The position numbers and the translations under genes are program-made. DNA of 63,628 bases, filler included, from Reclinomonas americana ATCC 50394 (lineage: Eukaryota): assembly GCA_048213135.1 (NCBI GenBank). It is 7 parts of 3 records of this genome, joined end to end, with 100 filler letters (N's around TTAATTAATTAA, not from the genome) between each part and the next. Parts side by side here need not be neighbours in the genome. Positions count along the whole stretch, not along the records: positions 35,110 to 41,478 come from PS015366.1; positions 41,579 to 49,049 come from PS015366.1; positions 49,150 to 54,742 come from PS015366.1; 4 more parts are not named here. The stretch is one strand, 5' to 3'. The notes beneath the pieces were generated by a model. That model saw only the letters and a list, made by a program, of their open reading frames with translations, was not told where the DNA came from and made no database searches. Shown here piece after piece: positions 36,960 to 49,300 of this stretch (positions within the stretch are counted from its first letter, which is position 1; each line of letters starts with the position of its first letter).

Positions 36960-38276
36960 TCACGGCAGTCTTCTAAAGTGGTGGATCTGTATGCCGTCGA
37001 CGTCGTAGATGGTCTCTGGAGGCGCGAAAAAGGCGGTGGCCTTGGCGAAGAACTCCTCCTCGCCCGAGCCGCGGAACTTGTAGGCGATCAGCAAGTCGGC
37101 CGAGACCACCTCGCGCAGCGTCTCCAACAGCACGTCGTGTGAGGCCGGGTTGTACAGCACGTCGGCACAGACCACAAGGTCGAACGTGCCGAGCGCGCGT
37201 GCAGCGTCTCGGTCGCCCCAGCTCAGCTCGGCAACCTGAGTGGCACACGGCTCCTCTTCCTTTTCTTCTACTGCTTCCTCTTCTTCCTCTCCTTCTTCCT
37301 CTTCTTCCTCTCCTTTCTCCTCCTCCTCCTCCTCCTCCTCTTCCTCCTCTTCTCCTTTCTCCTCCTCCTTCTCTTCTCCACCGAGGTTGAGTCGCACGTT
37401 GTGTCGCAACATCTCGAGCGGCTCATCAATGTCGGTCATCGTCACGCGTGCACCGAGCGCCGCCGCCACAATGCCCACCAAGCCGCACCCACTGCCCAGT
37501 TCCAGCACACGACAGCCAGACGGCAGCCATCTCTCCCTCCCGGCCTCGCTCTGCAGGTACACCGCGAGCGCCAGTGCGCAGTCCCACAGTCGCGATCCCA
37601 GATTCGAGCTGTAGTCCTCGCAAATGACCAGCGGCGGCCGCCCCAGCGACGCCAGCAGCGGCAGGCGACGCTCGGTGAGCGACGAACGCCCTCCGCTTCC
37701 TTCGCCACGCGGCAGCACCGGCACCAGGCTCATCTCTCCCGACCACACGCGCAACAGTGACACGGGTCCTCCGGTCTCCGGATCGACGGCCACCGCCACG
37801 CTCTCGCCCAGCGCCACTGCCACATCGCTGGCCTCCAGCGAGGATGAGGATGAGGCAGCAGACACCTGCAACGAGAGGCGCACAGGCATGGCGGGGCCTC
37901 GCCAGTTGCGATACTTGACCTGATCGGGCACGACAATGACGTGCACGTTGCAGTACGAGGCACGACCAAAGCTCACGCGCAGCGCGTCGCGTGGCGAGAA
38001 CTCGACACGGAAGCCCGGCACTGGCGTCTCACACACACCTCTGCTCTCGTCGACCACGTGATGCAGCGACAGTGACAGTGTGATCGGTTGCCTGCCAAAG
38101 TCGGCCTCGAAGACACCGAGGTCGTCGCACACTGTGTGCGTGCGTGCGTTGGGGAAGAGGAGGCGGAGATGCACGTGCCTCTCTTCATGCGTACCTCCAA
38201 AGGTCACTGGGAAGGCGACACCGGGCGCCACGAGTGTGGGCGGGTTCTTGAGGAAGCGAAGGCGCAGCAGAGGCAT
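36960..38276 (-). CDS. Protein-lysine methyltransferase, METTL21/Methyltransf_16 family, with N-terminal extension and poly-Glu insert
   Basis: LGSRLWDCALALAVYL, RVLELGSGCGLVGI, VTMTD, ELSWG, FDLVVCADVLY; probable short intron near 38133-38194. Confidence 0.88.
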   Translation of the reverse strand: MPLLRLRFLKNPPTLVAPGVAFPVTFGGTHEERHVHLRLLFPNARTHTVCDDLGVFEADFGRQPITLSLSLHHVVDESRGVCETPVPGFRVEFSPRDALRVSFGRASYCNVHVIVVPDQVKYRNWRGPAMPVRLSLQVSAASSSSSLEASDVAVALGESVAVAVDPETGGPVSLLRVWSGEMSLVPVLPRGEGSGGRSSLTERRLPLLASLGRPPLVICEDYSSNLGSRLWDCALALAVYLQSEAGRERWLPSGCRVLELGSGCGLVGIVAAALGARVTMTDIDEPLEMLRHNVRLNLGGEEKEEEKGEEEEEEEEEEEEKGEEEEEEGEEEEEAVEEKEEEPCATQVAELSWGDRDAARALGTFDLVVCADVLYNPASHDVLLETLREVVSADLLIAYKFRGSGEEEFFAKATAFFAPPETIYDVDGIQIHHFRRLP

Positions 38277-38385
38277 TTTGTTGACAGAAAACAATGGGAC
38301 GCAGGCAACGGAAGGACGCTTCACTCGTGATGCATTCCTCTCTCTCACACACACTGCATCACTCTCTCATGCGCTGGGGACCAGC

Positions 38386-39332
38386 TTACTTGATCTCCAG
38401 CAGCTCCACGAAGAACACCTACGAAGGGGAAGTTGAGCTGCGTTTGTCTCTGTATCTCTTTGCCAGTCGGAGGCAACTCACCAGGGTGGCGTTCGCGGGG
38501 ATCTTGGCCTGCGGGATGCCGCGAGAGCCGTACGCCTTCTCCGGCGGGATGTCCAGGCGCTGCACACACACGCAACACAAAAAGAGGAAGTGAACATCTT
38601 GCGCCTGTCATCGTCCTTGTCTTTCCAATGTACGCAACGCGCTTCTCGCCGACACACATGTCAGTCAGGCCCTCGTCCCAGCCTGCAGACGCACAGTGAG
38701 CACTTGCACGATGTGCATAACGTGGACGGAGAGTAGCGCACCCTTGATGACCTGACCGGCTCCCAGCGTAAAGGTGAACGGCTGATTGCGCTTCTCGCTG
38801 CTGTCAAACACCGATCCGTCAGTGTTCTTGCCCTGCGCGACACAGTGAGCATGTGCAACAACAACAACAACAGAGAAAGAGCAAACCGTGTAGTGCATGC
38901 TGTGCGCGGAAAATCATGCGAGTCAGTGCGTGCTGACGTGTATGACACGTGTGTGTGACAAGAGAGAGCAAACCTCAGAGTGTCGCCGCTCTTCGACTTG
39001 CGAGCGCACGAGCTGGGCTTCTGTTGAGCATGCGCACAAAAGCAACGAAAAGCAAAAGAGTGAGAACAAAGTTGAAGCTGCAATTTCCACCACCACCAAC
39101 AAACAAACACACAAAAGAAGAGAAGGGGAAACGCAACGTGGAGAGTGGTGACCTTGAGCTCGCGGACCGACTTGTACTCCTCGGCCGAGGCCGTGGAGGG
39201 CGCCACACTGACAAAGCACAGCGCGACCACCGCCAACACCGCACACACCGCAATGACCTTCATGATAGTGGACGACGAGAACAACGAAGACGAGGTGGCT
39301 GCAGAAGAAGACGATCCGCGCTTAGAGGACAT
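38386..39332 (-). CDS. FKBP-type peptidyl-prolyl isomerase with signal peptide (FKBP2/FKBP13-like); start may be the ATG at 39263
   Basis: [18 protein letters not shown]...[108 protein letters not shown]. Confidence 0.95.
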
Positions 39333-39574
39333 GCACAGAGGAAAATAAAAAACAAGGGAATTCCGTTGACTGGGCGTTCAGTGGAATTTGAATGAAGCGC
39401 CGCGTCACACACAGTTCTACACTGCACATTTTCATTTCTTTCGCTGACTATGCCACCGAGTAGCTGCATTCACGCCGTTGAAGACGCGCCATACTTTTTT
39501 TGCGCGCGATGGAGAGTGGACAGTGGCGGACAGCGCGAGCACGGCGGACAAACAACATAATCCACGCGCTCACA

Positions 39575-42500
39575 ATGAGTAGCCGCACAGTGCGGCCGCC
39601 AGCAGGTTCCTCCTCGTCCTCCTCATCAACAACAGGAGGAGGAGGAAGCAGTGGAAATGCGACTGCTGGTGCGCGTGTGCGACCAGCAGCTGTCAGCAGC
39701 ACAGCCGCAGCGTCATCAGGGCGCACGCAAGGCGCGAGTGTGCGGCCGCCCTCGCCCAGCACACTCTCACTGCTGCACCGCACAAACAGCATGCGCAGGA
39801 ACGCCACGGCGTCCATGACAACCACAGCGACACTGGGAGCCTCGGCGGCGGCCATGGTAAAGCGCGCCAGTGCGCCAGGTGGCCAGCTGCACCGCTCGTC
39901 CACCGCCGCGTCGCTCCCGTCCACCGCGTCCTCTGCGTCCTCGACCGCAACAACAACGTCGTCTTCCTCTTCTTCATCTGCCGCGCAACCGCGTGGCTTG
40001 TGGACCATGTTGAGACCGCGCGGGGTGGTGGCCTCGGCCGCGGGTCCCACGCGCTCCAACAGCGCATCGCAGCTTCCGTTGCAGACAGTGCCGCCAGCCG
40101 TGGAGGCGGTTGTGCCAGAGGCGCCGCGCAAGCCAACGACGGTGGAAGATGATGTCATTGAGGAGGTCGAGGAGGTCGAGGAAGAGGAGCTCTCGTCGAC
40201 TGCTTCGTCGCCGGCTGTGGTACCATCGCCAATGACGCCGGACTCGTTGGCGGCGTCGTCGCCTGTGGTCGACAGTGGTGGCAATGGAGCGGGTGAGACA
40301 GCAGCGCAGGAAACGGAGTCGTCGTCGCCGTCCGCTGAGACGTTGGTGCGTCCGCGGCCGAATGTGCTGCTGCGGCATGCGGCGTCGGTGGTGAATGTGT
40401 CGCGGCGGCAATCGGCGCAGCATGCGCCACTCAGTGCGCTCCTGGAGCAGCAGCGCAAGAGCATTGCGGGTGGGGAATTGCACGATGATGGCGGTCTCGG
40501 GCGCTCCTCGTCCATGTTTGTGTTTTCTGGCTCGCCCGGCTCGCCCAGCAATGGCAGCAGTGGCAGCCCGGCTGCGTTGCCCGACGATGATCGCACGCGG
40601 TTCTTGCAGTCCATGGCTGGTGCGCGGTTTTTGGACAGTGCTTCGGTTTTTCGTGTGTTCGCTCACTTGTAGCGCGCGTGACAACACAGTGCGTGCGCGC
40701 GGGCAGATTCCAGTCGGTTCGCTCGTTGGCAACCCCAAGCAACTGCAGCGCGTGCTCACCGAGGCCATCAAGGAGAATAGCACGATGCAGGAGGAATTGC
40801 GGCAGGCGGCTGGTGGGTTTCTGTGATTTCCCTCGCTCATGTTCCTCCCTTTGCCAACCCCGTGTTGCCGCAGCGTATGGTCTTCAAATGTCGCAGGCAC
40901 TTGCCGCGGCGCACCAAGATTTGTCGGAACTCACCGTGGCGGTCTGTTGAAGCGTGTTGTATTTGTGTTTCTGATAATGAGGTCTCACCATCTGCGATTC
41001 AACAGTTGACGCGCGAGCGTGAAGAGGTTTGGTCAATTGCAGTCGGCTATTCGTCGATGAAACTTATGTTTTTTTCGCGCAGCGCGAAACACTGAGTGCC
41101 ACGTCGTCGTACCTGACGACTGAAAACCGCGGCCTGAAGGACGAAATCAGCAACCTGCTCGATGTTACGTGTCGACTCATTTTTTTTGGCGACTTTGCCG
41201 ATATCACTTGTCTCACTGGGCGTGTCGTTTTTTGGAGCAGGCACTCAACAAGTCGCGAGCCAATCTGAATCGCGTCACAATCGAGCTCGAAAACTCACGG
41301 CCTCTGGAGGCCGCCCTGAAAGACGAACGGCAAGCGTCGGCGATCAAATCGCAGACCATTGATCGCCTGAGTCACCGCGTGGAGGTGCTGCAAGTGGAGG
41401 TGAGAGAGGGACAGGGAGAGAAAGGGAGACAGAGAGAACGAGAAAAGGGAAAGAGGGAGAGAGAGAGAGAGAGAGAGANNNNNNNNNNNNNNNNNNNNNN
41501 NNNNNNNNNNNNNNNNNNNNNNTTAATTAATTAANNNNNNNNNNNNNNNNNNNNNNNNNNNNNNNNNNNNNNNNNNNNGCGCAGCAGGATGCAGAGGAAC
41601 TTGCCTCCACTGTGAGCGACCTGCAATCGCAGTTGGAGGAGCGCGAGAAGACGGCGACAGAGAGCTCATTGTTAATCGAGCGCCTAAGTCGCAGCTGGAC
41701 AGTGTGCATGGAGTGCGCGATCGAGTTGCGTTCGCCATAGCATCTCTTCCCTTTGGTTGGTCTCTCGCTCACTCCTCTTTGACTGCAGCTGGCGGAGGAG
41801 ATCAGGGAGTTGCAGCAGGCGGCCAACAACGAAGTCGCTCGTCTGCAGGAGTCGCTGGCCAATGCCAATGCGCAGCTGCAAACCGCGGAGAATGAGCGCA
41901 ACTCTCTGCACAGCGCCGTCACCGACTGGAGACGACGGTGGGAGGGCACGAACGACCAGNNNNNNNNNNNNNNNNNNNNNNNNNNNNNNNNNNNNNNNNN
42001 NNNNNNNNNNNNNNNNNNNNNNNNNNNNNNNNNNNNNNNNNNNNNNNNNNNNNNNNNNNNNNNNNNNNNNNNNNNNNNNNNNNNNNNNNNNNNNNNNNNN
42101 NNNNNNNNNNNNNNNNNNNNNNNNNNNNNNNNNNNNNNNNNNNNNNNNNNNNNNNNNNNNNNNNNNNNNNNNNNNNNNNNNNNNNNNNNNNNNNNNNNNN
42201 NNNNNNNNNNNNNNNNNNNNNNNNNNNNNNNNNNNNNNNNNNNNNNNNNNNNNNNNNNNNNNNNNNNNNNNNNNNNNNNNNNNNNNNNNNNNNNNNNNNN
42301 NNNNNNNNNNNNNNNNNNNNNNNNNNTTGGTGACACTGCGCGCCGAGATGCGTGAGGTACGACAGCGGATGGCTGACTCTGTGCGGCGCACCTCAAACGA
42401 AGGGGTGAGTGCAAGAAAAGTCTGTTCATTTATAGCCCTATTGCACCCCATTGACACTGATGTGCGCTGTGCAGGTGTCGGAAGATGGTGACATGGAGAG

Positions 42501-45500
42501 CTGCCAACTGACGCTGTTGGTGGAGAAGCTGGAGGAGCGCGTTCTCGAGTCGCAGTCACTCTTGCGGTGAGTATCTCGATCCCTCAAGCGACAGCGTACA
42601 GATGTTGACAATTCCGTGTGCTGTTTTCGTGCCACAGCGGTACCGGTGTGACGCCCGTAATGAGTCCAGTTGCCGAGGAGAATGGACGCCTGCTGCACGA
42701 GCAATCGCGGCACATTGAGGAGTTGCAGCGGCAGCTGAATGCGGCACTGCGGGAGTCCGTGGACCAGCAGGCCATGATCGAATCGTACGTGGTTCAGTTG
42801 CAGGACGAGTCGGCCCGAGTGCAGCAGCTGTCGCTGGCACTCGCCGAGGCAGAGGCCGCCCTGCAAGCGATGCAGTTGGACAGTGCACGCACCCTGTCTG
42901 TGGGTGGCGACACACGGCGCACTTTTGGCGATGGCGAAGGTGACTTTAGCCGCCGCGAGTCGCCATCGTTTACCATGGCGTCGCCTCTGGTGCAGAGCTC
43001 ATCGCTTGTGACGGGAGAGGGCGTGATGGACCCGATGGAGTGGCCCGATGCCATGTCGGTGAGCGCGGATTTTGTGAGAGTGGGGAAGGGGTTTTTCGAA
43101 AGTTATACTCATGGAGTGTTTGTGGTGCAGCAACAATCCGGCTGGTCTGGAACGGAGTGGGACTGTTGCGTGCCTAGGAGAAGAGGGGGAAGGGAGGGGG
43201 AGGGGTGAAAGGGGAAAAAGGGAGGAGAGGGGGAAAGGGAAGAGAGCGAGAGAGGAGAAGAGAATGAATGAGGAGGGAGAAAGAAAGAGACACGAATGCA
43301 AGCACATAGAGAGGTGGTGATGAGAGAACAGATTGGTGGAAAGAGGACGAGAGTTAGAGAGACAGAAAGACACAAACAGAGCTATGTAAGAAACAAACGA
43401 GACAAACAGGACGTACAGGGAAAGGGAAGAGAGGAGAAGAGAATGAGTGAGGAGGGAGAAAGAAAGAGACACCAATGCAAGCACAGAGGAGGTGGAGATG
43501 AGAGAGGTGGAAAAAGGACGAGAGTCAGAGAGAATGAGTGAGGAAGAAAGAAAGAAAGAGACGCCAATGCAAGCAAGTGGAAAGAGGACGAGAGTCAGAT
43601 AGACAGAGAGACACAAGCAGAGCGAGGAAAGGAACAGACGAGACTGACGGGGATGCTTCGCGGATCGTGTGGTCCCCTCGCTCACTAATCTGCGCTTCCA
43701 GCTGTGCTCGAGTCCGATCGATTCAGTCGATGGTTCCTGTCGTTCCTGTCGCTGCCGTCCAATTTTTCGCGCGAGATGACCTTCCACGTGCGTTGCTGCT
43801 TGATGGCGATGTGGCATTCTTTTTGTGTGACTCACATGGGAGTGTTGATTTGCAGGAGAGACAACCGCGCGGCAAGTCGATTGCCAAGACACTAAAACTC
43901 TTGGTCATTGGCAGTCGCGGTGGTTCGTGACTCGATTGTCGGAGTTGATAATGCTCAGTTATTCATGGTCTTGTGTACACAGTGGGCAAGTCGACCTTTG
44001 TTGGGCGCTGTGGCAATGGCGCTGCAGGTGTGGGGCAGTGGTGGAATGTGTTGTTGATTTCGCTGTGTCTCATGATGCCGCAGAGGAAATCCAAAACGTT
44101 TTTGTGGAGCTGCCTGACGGGACAGTGGTACGAGTGCGAGTTGCGTGCTGTTGCTGTCTTTCGGATACTCGTCGGTTCACTGTATCTGACACTTGCTCGT
44201 GTTGTTTCCTGTCGTGCGTAGCTCGTCGATGTCATGGGTAAGTCGCAGGAGCAAGAAGTCTTTTGCTGTCGCATCACACTGACCATCCCCCAATTATTCT
44301 TGCTCAGATTGTGATGAGAGCCGTCACATGCCGGCTCGAGCCTACTTTNNNNNNNNNNNNNNNNNNNNNNNNNNNNNNNNNNNNNNNNNNNNNNNNNNNN
44401 NNNNNNNNNNNNNNNNNNNNNNNNNNNNNNNNNNNNNNNNNNNNNNNNNNNNNNNNNNNNNNNNNNNNNNNNNNNNNNNNNNNNNNNNNNNNNNNNNNNN
44501 NNNNNNNNNNNNNNNNNNNNNNNNNNNNNNNNNNNNNNNNNNNNNNNNNNNNNNNNNNNNNNNNNNNNNNNNNNNNNNNNNNNNNNNNNNNNNNNNNNNN
44601 NNNNNNNNNNNNNNNNNNNNNNNNNNNNNNNNNNNNNNNNNNNNNNNNNNNNNNNNNNNNNNNNNNNNNNNNNNNNNNNNNNNNNNNNNNNNNNNNNNNN
44701 NNNNNNNNNNNNNNNNNNNNNNNNNNNNNNNNNNNNNNNNNNNNNNNNNNNNNNNNNNNNNNNNNNNNNNNNNNNNNNNNNNNNNNNNNNNNNNNNNNNN
44801 NNNNNNNNNNNNNNNNNNNNNNNNNNNNNNNNNNNNNNNNNNNNNNNNNNNNNNNNNNNNNNNNNNNNNNNNNNNNNNNNNNNNNNNNNNNNNNNNNNNN
44901 NNNNNNNNNNNNNNNNNNNNNNNNNNNNNNNNNNNNNNNNNNNNNNNNNNNNNNACGGGTGCACATGGTGCACTCTTTATGTTTGACATGACGGATCGGG
45001 CGTCGTGGGGTGCGTGGTCAATATGATGCGCGGTAATCATGAACACGCGTCTGACATGAGTGAATGTGCAGAGGATGTCGAGGCGTGGTGCATCTCCACA
45101 AGGAAGGAGGCGTCGGCGCGCTGCTCTGGCGATTTCAGCTCGTTTGTTGTGATTGCCAACAAGGTGCGCTCTGCTCTTTGCAACCACTTGCGTCTCTCCG
45201 CTTGCTCAGCTTATGTGTCGTCATTCGCAGCTGGATCTTGTCACCTCGGGCATCAAGCAATGCTGCGTGCAAGCCGAAGAAGTCAACCGGCTGCAATCGG
45301 ATCTTGGCGTGCGCTGGTTNNNNNNNNNNNNNNNNNNNNNNNNNNNNNNNNNNNNNNNNNNNNNNNNNNNNNNNNNNNNNNNNNNNNNNNNNNNNNNNNN
45401 NNNNNNNNNNNNNNNNNNNNNNNNNNNNNNNNNNNNNNNNNNNNNNNNNNNNNNNNNNNNNNNNNNNNNNNNNNNNNNNNNNNNNNNNNNNNNNNNNNNN

Positions 45501-46103
45501 NNNNNNNNNNNNNNNNNNNNNNNNNNNNNNNNNNNNNNNNNNNNNNNNNNNNNNNNNNNNNNNNNNNNNNNNNNNNNNNNNNNNNNNNNNNNNNNNNNNN
45601 NNNNNNNNNNNNNNNNNNNNNNNNNNNNNNNNNNNNNNNNNNNNNNNNNNNNNNNNNNNNNNNNNNNNNNNNNNNNNNNNNNNNNNNNNNNNNNNNNNNN
45701 NNNNNNNNNNNNNNNNNNNNNNNNNNNNNNNNNNNNNNNNNNNNNNNNNNNNNNNNNNNNNNNNNNNNNNNNNNNNNNNNNNNNNNNNNNNNNNNNNNNN
45801 NNNNNNNNNNNNNNNNNNNNNNNNNNNNNNNNNNNNNNNNNNNNNNNNNNNNNNNNNNNNNNNNNNNNNNNNNNNNNNNNNNNNNNNNNNNNNNNNNNNN
45901 NNNNNNNGGTCACTCCACAGCCTTCCCCATCTTCCGCTCGCTCACTCATTATTTGGCGCAGTATTGCATGTTCGGCGTTGCGTGGCAACAAGGTGCTTTC
46001 GCGCCGCATTCTGGCGGACGCCGTGTGTGCCGCGCTGGACTCGGATGTGGGCTCGATCGGTGGCTCCAGCTACTACTCCCACAGCAGCTTGGGAATGACA
46101 TGA
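39575..46103 (+). CDS. Large protein: Ser-rich N-terminus, long coiled coil, C-terminal atypical Rab-like GTPase domain
   Basis: Heptad-rich exons 40670-42900, joined in frame via exons 43131-43164 and 43701-43787 to LKLLVIGSRGVGKST...LVDVMDCDESRHMPARAYF..TGAHGALFMFDMTDRASW...VVIANK|LD...CSAL. Gaps hide parts. Confidence 0.75.
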
Positions 46104-46357
46104 ATCTCGTTGTCTTAATTCTCCTGCTGTTGTTGTAGTCCTTGTTGTTGGTTTTGTTGTAAGTACTGGAATTCTGTATGTGTGGTCTTTGGTGTTGTTG
46201 TTGCTGCTGCTGCTGTGCGTTGCCTTTAATGAATCAGTTGAATTTTTTGTTGTGCGAACCGCAATGTCGCCAGTCACTCCTATTTTCCCCTTCTCGTCAC
46301 GCTTCAGCTATCCATTGGCTGCGAAGACGGCGAAAATGAGAAGGACTTTGGAAGAAA

Positions 46358-49300
46358 CTATGCGGACGATTGACTGAGAGAGGAACTGACCTCGGGGGCG
46401 TGACAGACGTACTTGTAAATCTGCTCCGGTGTCAGCGTGCGCAGTTCGTCGACCACTGGCGCCAACAGATGCGTCTTGGGCGGCGTCTGGTATCGCTCTG
46501 ACGGGCGCTCGCGACTCTTTGGTGAGCTGCGACCGGCGAGAGGATATCTCGACGGCGACGGTGCCTGCTGTCGTGTCTGCGCGCCCAGGTTGAGAAGCGA
46601 AAGCGGAAAGGAGAAGGTGGTGGTCGTACACACCGATCGTTCCGAGCCCTGCAGAGGAGAGGGGGATGGTGCGCGCATGGACGGCGAGAACGAGGCGCCG
46701 AGTGGCGGCGTCTGTGTTGCACGGCGCACCGGGGAGCGTGCGAGCAGGCTGCGAGTGCGCTGCGCCAGGGCTGCCACATGCGGTGACAGCGGGGTCTCCG
46801 ACGAGAGTGGCGGCACCAACCTGCTTCCAGACCCGAGTGCCGGCTCTGACGGTGGCGAGAACGAGGCGGCTGGAGCTGGCGGTGACTTGTCTGCCGGCGG
46901 CGGCGGGCTGACGCGAGTGAATGCGGGGATCGGCGAGCGCAATCGTGGCGGTGAGCTCTCGGGTGAGCGCAGGCTGTGAATGTGCGCACGCGTCTCCGGG
47001 CGCGCTTGCGTCGTGCGCAGGTAGCCCTCGTAGGCCACGTTGGATCTGCGAGAGGAGCGCGTGAGTGGAAGAAGAGAAAGGAAAAGTTCGAAAATGTACG
47101 AAACTCGACACGCTGCGTCGGGCTCAACTGTCGCGTGCGCTCAATGTTGGCGTGCACCGTGTCGATGCGATGCTGCACGGCCGGGGAGACACGCAGACGC
47201 GACATGAGTGCCTGCATGAAGACGTCGTCCTCTCGCAGCGCTTCGTCGGCGGAGGAGGTGAAGGCGGGGGACCGCGGCGGCAATCGATGAGTCGGCGGTG
47301 TCGCAGGGGTCGCGGATGGCGGTGGGGAGCGCATGGTGCGACGCTGTGCTGCCGGCGAGCGCTCACGGGGGGCAATGCGAGGTGGCAGGGAGGATGGCGA
47401 CGCCAGATCCGAGGCGTGCAGTGCGCCGCCGCCGTTGGTGGTGGTGCTACGGGNNNNNNNNNNNNNNNNNNNNNNNNNNNNNNNNNNNNNNNNNNNNNNN
47501 NNNNNNNNNNNNNNNNNNNNNNNNNNNNNNNNNNNNNNNNNNNNNNNNNNNNNNNNNNNNNNNNNNNNNNNNNNNNNNNNNNNNNNNNNNNNNNNNNNNN
47601 NNNNNNNNNNNNNNNNNNNNNNNNNNNNNNNNNNNNNNNNNNNNNNNNNNNNNNNNNNNNNNNNNNNNNNNNNNNNNNNNNNNNNNNNNNNNNNNNNNNN
47701 NNNNNNNNNNNNNNNNNNNNNNNNNNNNNNNNNNNNNNNNNNNNNNNNNNNNNNNNNNNNNNNNNNNNNNNNNNNNNNNNNNNNNNNNNNNNNNNNNNNN
47801 NNNNNNNNNNNNNNNNNNNNNNNNNNNNNNNNNNNNNNNNNNNNNNNNNNNNNNNNNNNNNNNNNNNNNNNNNNNNNNNNNNNNNNNNNNNNNNNNNNNN
47901 NNNNNNNNNNNNNNNNNNNNNNNNNNNNNNNNNNNNNNNNNNNNNNNNNNNNNNNNNNNNNNNNNNNNNNNNNNNNNCCAGTGGTGCTTGTGACATTTCC
48001 TCCTCGAAGGCGTTGGAGGCGGCGAAAAGGAGGGCGGTGGGGGAGGGCGTTTCCTGAGGGGGGGGATTGAGGGGAAGGAAAGGGGGGAAGGGAATGAGGA
48101 GAATGGGGGAAGGGAATGAGGGGAAGGAATGAGGGGAAGGGATAGGGGGAGAGAATGGGGGGAGAGCGATGGGGGAGAGCGAATGGGGGGAGAGCGGTGG
48201 AGGGAGANNNNNNNNNNNNNNNNNNNNNNNNNNNNNNNNNNNNNNNNNNNNNNNNNNNNNNNNNNNNNNNNNNNNNNNNNNNNNNNNNNNNNNNNNNNNN
48301 NNNNNNNNNNNNNNNNNNNNNNNNNNNNNNNNNNNNNNNNNNNNNNNNNNNNNNNNNNNNNNNNNNNNNNNNNNNNNNNNNNNNNNNNNNNNNNNNNNNN
48401 NNNNNNNNNNNNNNNNNNNNNNNNNNNNNNNNNNNNNNNNNNNNNNNNNNNNNNNNNNNNNNNNNNNNNNNNNNNNNNNNNNNNNNNNNNNNNNNNNNNN
48501 NNNNNNNNNNNNNNNNNNNNNNNNNNNNNNNNNNNNNNNNNNNNNNNNNNNNNNNNNNNNNNNNNNNNNNNNNNNNNNNNNNNNNNNNNNNNNNNNNNNN
48601 NNNNNNNNNNNNNNNNNNNNNNNNNNNNNNNNNNNNNNNNNNNNNNNNNNNNNNNNNNNNNNNNNNNNNNNNNNNNNNNNNNNNNNNNNNNNNNNNNNNN
48701 NNNNNNNNNNNNNNNNNNNNNNNNNNNNNNNNNNNNNNNNNNNNNNNNNNNNNNNNNNNNNNNNNNNNNNNNGCGATGGGGGAGAGCGATGGGAGAGAGC
48801 GATGGGGGGAGCGATGGGGGGAGAGCGATAGGGGGAGAGTGATGGGGGAAGAGATGGGAAAGGAGAGAGAGAAGGAAAGGGGAAAGAGCAAGAGGAAAGC
48901 GACAGGAATAAGATAGTGAAACGAAGATAAAGAGAAATAGAAGCGGATGAGAGAGAAGAAGAGAGAGCGCAATGTGCGTGCAGCTTGGGTGCACGACATG
49001 CAACGCACCACAGCTGTTTGCTCGAATGTGACGGTGCGTGGCGGCGAGANNNNNNNNNNNNNNNNNNNNNNNNNNNNNNNNNNNNNNNNNNNNTTAATTA
49101 ATTAANNNNNNNNNNNNNNNNNNNNNNNNNNNNNNNNNNNNNNNNNNNNCTCTTCTCCTCCTCCTCCTCTCTCTCTCTCTCTCTCTCTCCCTTCTTATCC
49201 TCTCCTCCACCAGTGTTTTGCCTCTCTCCCTTGAGCGTTCTCTTTCGCTCTTTCCTCCTCCTCCCTGCTATCCTTTCATCTCTGCTCCTCCTCTGCCTCT

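Noticed and set aside
39448..40614. Long antisense ORFs opposite real exons (also 21136-21864, 21906-22553, 15058-16167)
   Set aside because: Shadow ORFs expected in GC-rich coding DNA; the opposite strand has the splice signals and domain continuity.
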